64,000 nucleotides of DNA from an uncultured delta proteobacterium (GTDB lineage: Bacteria; Myxococcota_A; UBA9160; UBA4427). How positions within the stretch are numbered: position 1 is the stretch's first letter; every line of letters begins with the position of its first letter. The stretch covers positions 32,001-96,000 of the forward strand of contig CAWGJT010000014.1 in the NCBI GenBank assembly GCA_963822965.1. The letters run 5' to 3'. This document shows, in pieces, positions 62,081 to 64,000 of this stretch. A program made the translations under genes and the position numbers. A model generated the notes under the pieces. It saw only the letters and a program-made list of their open reading frames with translations. It made no database searches and was not told the DNA's origin.

Positions 62081-62290
62081 GCCGTCAGGCACCTACCGGC
62101 GAGCGAAGCGAGCCGGCCTCCGTCCGAAGAAGCCCTCCGGCGCCGTCAGGCGGCAAGCGAAGCGAGCCGCGAGACGCTGTCCCCGATAGGTCCGGTCGGT
62201 CCGAGCCGGGCCGAGGCGGCCCGAGCCAGCCCGAGCCCCGTCAGGCGTTCAGCGGCGAGCGCAGAGCGCTCGACCGCTGCAACGCCGAGG
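62081..62290. repeat. Intergenic palindromic repeat cluster (REP/attC-like)
   Basis: CCGTCAGGC three times (about 62082, 62143, 62238); GCRAGCGAAGCGAGCCG hairpins twice; imperfect hairpin GGCGTTCAGCGG...CCGCTGCAACGCC. Confidence 0.55.
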
Positions 62291-62348
62291 CACCCCAACT
62301 CCAAACAAGCACCCGCCGCGCAAAACCGAACCGCCGCGCCCTACCCCC

Positions 62349-63812
62349 TTAATACCGGTAATTCTCCGCTTTGTACGGCCCCTCGACCTCCACCCCGATG
62401 TACGCCGCCTGCTCCTCGGAGAGGGCCGACAGGTGCGCGTCCAGGTGGTCGAGGTGCAGCCGCGCCACCTCTTCGTCGAGCTTCTTGGGCAGCACGTACA
62501 CCTGGTTGCCGTACTGGCCGGCGTTCTGGTGCAGCTCGAGCTGGGCGAGCACCTGGTTGGTGAAGGAGGCGGACATCACGAAGCTCGGGTGGCCCGTCGC
62601 GCAGCCCAGGTTCAGCAGCCGACCCTCGGCGAGGATCATCACGCTGTGACCGTCCGGGAAGCGCCACTCGTCGTACTGCGGCTTGATGTTGATCTTCTCG
62701 ATGCCGCGCACCTTCTTGAGACCGGCCATGTCGATCTCGTTGTCGAAGTGACCGATGTTGCCGACGATGGCCTTGTCCTTCATGCGGGTCATCAGCTCGG
62801 CGGTGATGATGTTGAAGTTGCCCGTCGCGGTGACGAAGATGTCCGCCTGGCCGACCACCTCGTCGATGGTCCGCACCTGGTAGCCCTCCATGGCCGCCTG
62901 GAGCGCACAGATCGGGTCGATCTCCACGATCACGACGCGCGCACCCTGGCCCCGCATGGCCTGGGCGCAGCCCTTGCCCACGTCTCCGTAGCCGCAGACC
63001 ACGACCATCTTGCCGCCGATCAGCACGTCGGTGGCCCGCATGATGCCGTCGGGCAGCGAGTGCCGGCAGCCGTAGATGTTGTCGAACTTGCTCTTGGTCA
63101 CCGAGTCGTTGACGTTGATGGCGGGGAAGAGCAGCTCGCCGCGGGCGGCCAGCTGGTTGAGGCGCAGCACGCCGGTGGTCGTCTCCTCGGAGACGCCGCG
63201 CATGCCCTCGGCGACCTTCGTGAAGCGGGTGGCGTCCTGCTTCTGCAGCTTGGCGCACAGCTCGAGGAAGACGGTCCACTCCTCGGAGTCGTTCTCGGTG
63301 GGCTCGGGCACCTTGCCGGCCTGCTCGAACTCGCGTCCCTTGTGGATGAGCATGGTGGCGTCGCCGCCGTCGTCCACGATGAGGTCGGGACCCGAGCCGT
63401 CGGGCCAGGTCATGGCCTCGTTGGTGCACCACCAGTACTCCTCGAGGGTCTCGCCCTTCCAGGCGAAGACGGCGATGCCCTCGGGCTTCTCGGGCGTGCC
63501 GTTCGGGCCCACCGCCACGGCGGACGCGGCGTGATCCTGCGTGGAGAAGATGTTGCACGACACCCAGCGCACGTCGGCGCCGAGCTGGGTGAGGGTCTCG
63601 ATCAGCACGCCCGTCTGGATGGTCATGTGCAGGCTGCCCATGATCTTGGCGCCGCGCAGGGGCTTCGTGCCCGCGTAGCGCTCGCGCAGGGCCATCAGTC
63701 CCGGCATCTCCTGCTCCGCGAGGCGAAGCTCCTTGCGGCCGAAATCGGCGAGGGACAGGTCGGCGACCTTGAAGGCGGGGCGGTCTTGCTTGCTCGTCAT
63801 GATGGACTCCAT
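62349..63812 (-). CDS. ahcY: Adenosylhomocysteinase (SAH hydrolase)
   Basis: [92 protein letters not shown]...YRY. Confidence 0.98.
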   Translation of the reverse strand: MESIMTSKQDRPAFKVADLSLADFGRKELRLAEQEMPGLMALRERYAGTKPLRGAKIMGSLHMTIQTGVLIETLTQLGADVRWVSCNIFSTQDHAASAVAVGPNGTPEKPEGIAVFAWKGETLEEYWWCTNEAMTWPDGSGPDLIVDDGGDATMLIHKGREFEQAGKVPEPTENDSEEWTVFLELCAKLQKQDATRFTKVAEGMRGVSEETTTGVLRLNQLAARGELLFPAINVNDSVTKSKFDNIYGCRHSLPDGIMRATDVLIGGKMVVVCGYGDVGKGCAQAMRGQGARVVIVEIDPICALQAAMEGYQVRTIDEVVGQADIFVTATGNFNIITAELMTRMKDKAIVGNIGHFDNEIDMAGLKKVRGIEKINIKPQYDEWRFPDGHSVMILAEGRLLNLGCATGHPSFVMSASFTNQVLAQLELHQNAGQYGNQVYVLPKKLDEEVARLHLDHLDAHLSALSEEQAAYIGVEVEGPYKAENYRY

Positions 63813-63883
63813 CCCTTGTCGGGAGCGCTGGGGGTCGGGGACGCCGCGAGGGCGGCGCGTGCGATGGTGGGAGCAGCAGCTAT

Positions 63884-63899
63884 ATCCGCGTATGCGGAT
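63884..63899. promoter_or_regulatory. Palindromic operator-like site ATCCGC-N4-GCGGAT in the ahcY leader
   Basis: atccgcgtatgcggat, immediately downstream of the -10 box on the minus strand. Confidence 0.55.
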
Positions 63900-63902
63900 G
63901 CA

Positions 63903-63931
63903 CAGATACAGACTCTTCGGGTCGCTGTCAA
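63903..63931 (-). promoter_or_regulatory. Sigma70-type promoter of ahcY: TTGACA-N17-TATCTG
   Basis: Perfect -35 TTGACA (63931-63926), 17-nt spacer, TATCTG (63908-63903). Confidence 0.65.
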
Positions 63932-64000
63932 CCGATGCCACCCGTCCCACGCGCGACAACCCCGGGGGAAGGCGAGGGTGGCAGGCGAGCAGCGGGGACG

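Noticed and set aside
63813..63960. SAH or SAM riboswitch upstream of ahcY
   Set aside because: No recognisable conserved core by eye, and the leader after the promoter is short; an Rfam scan would be decisive.

Overview
A 64-kb window from a very GC-rich, gene-dense diderm bacterium. The PEP-CTERM proteins, eukaryote-like Ser/Thr kinase and FHA genes, Cys-rich motifs and a Bdellovibrio-type histone suggest a Myxococcota/deltaproteobacteria-like lineage (inference). Many otherwise intact genes carry 1-bp frameshifts, most simply explained as long-read assembly errors. Main content: (1) an uninterrupted 12-kb three-gene operon of giant secreted proteins (1942, about 1086 and about 1013 aa), only the last of which has an IPTL-CTERM-like anchor; (2) a co-oriented cluster of PEP-CTERM protein, TPR/beta-barrel, ECF sigma, anti-sigma and S8 protease; (3) a type I secretion-like ABC/HlyD/TolC set with degenerate ATPase motifs; (4) many lipid, sulfur and xenobiotic enzymes; (5) a 62-aa bacterial histone (Bd0055/HBb-like) heading a co-oriented run of lipoprotein, FHA, FHA, VWA-FHA and Ser/Thr kinase genes, interrupted by a CTAG-flanked 198-bp MITE-like element; (6) gluQ, a metallophosphoesterase and ahcY, the last with a sigma70-like promoter and a palindromic operator-like site. 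I recognised no rRNA, tRNA, CRISPR array, transposase or integrase. All calls come from reading motifs; no searches were run.
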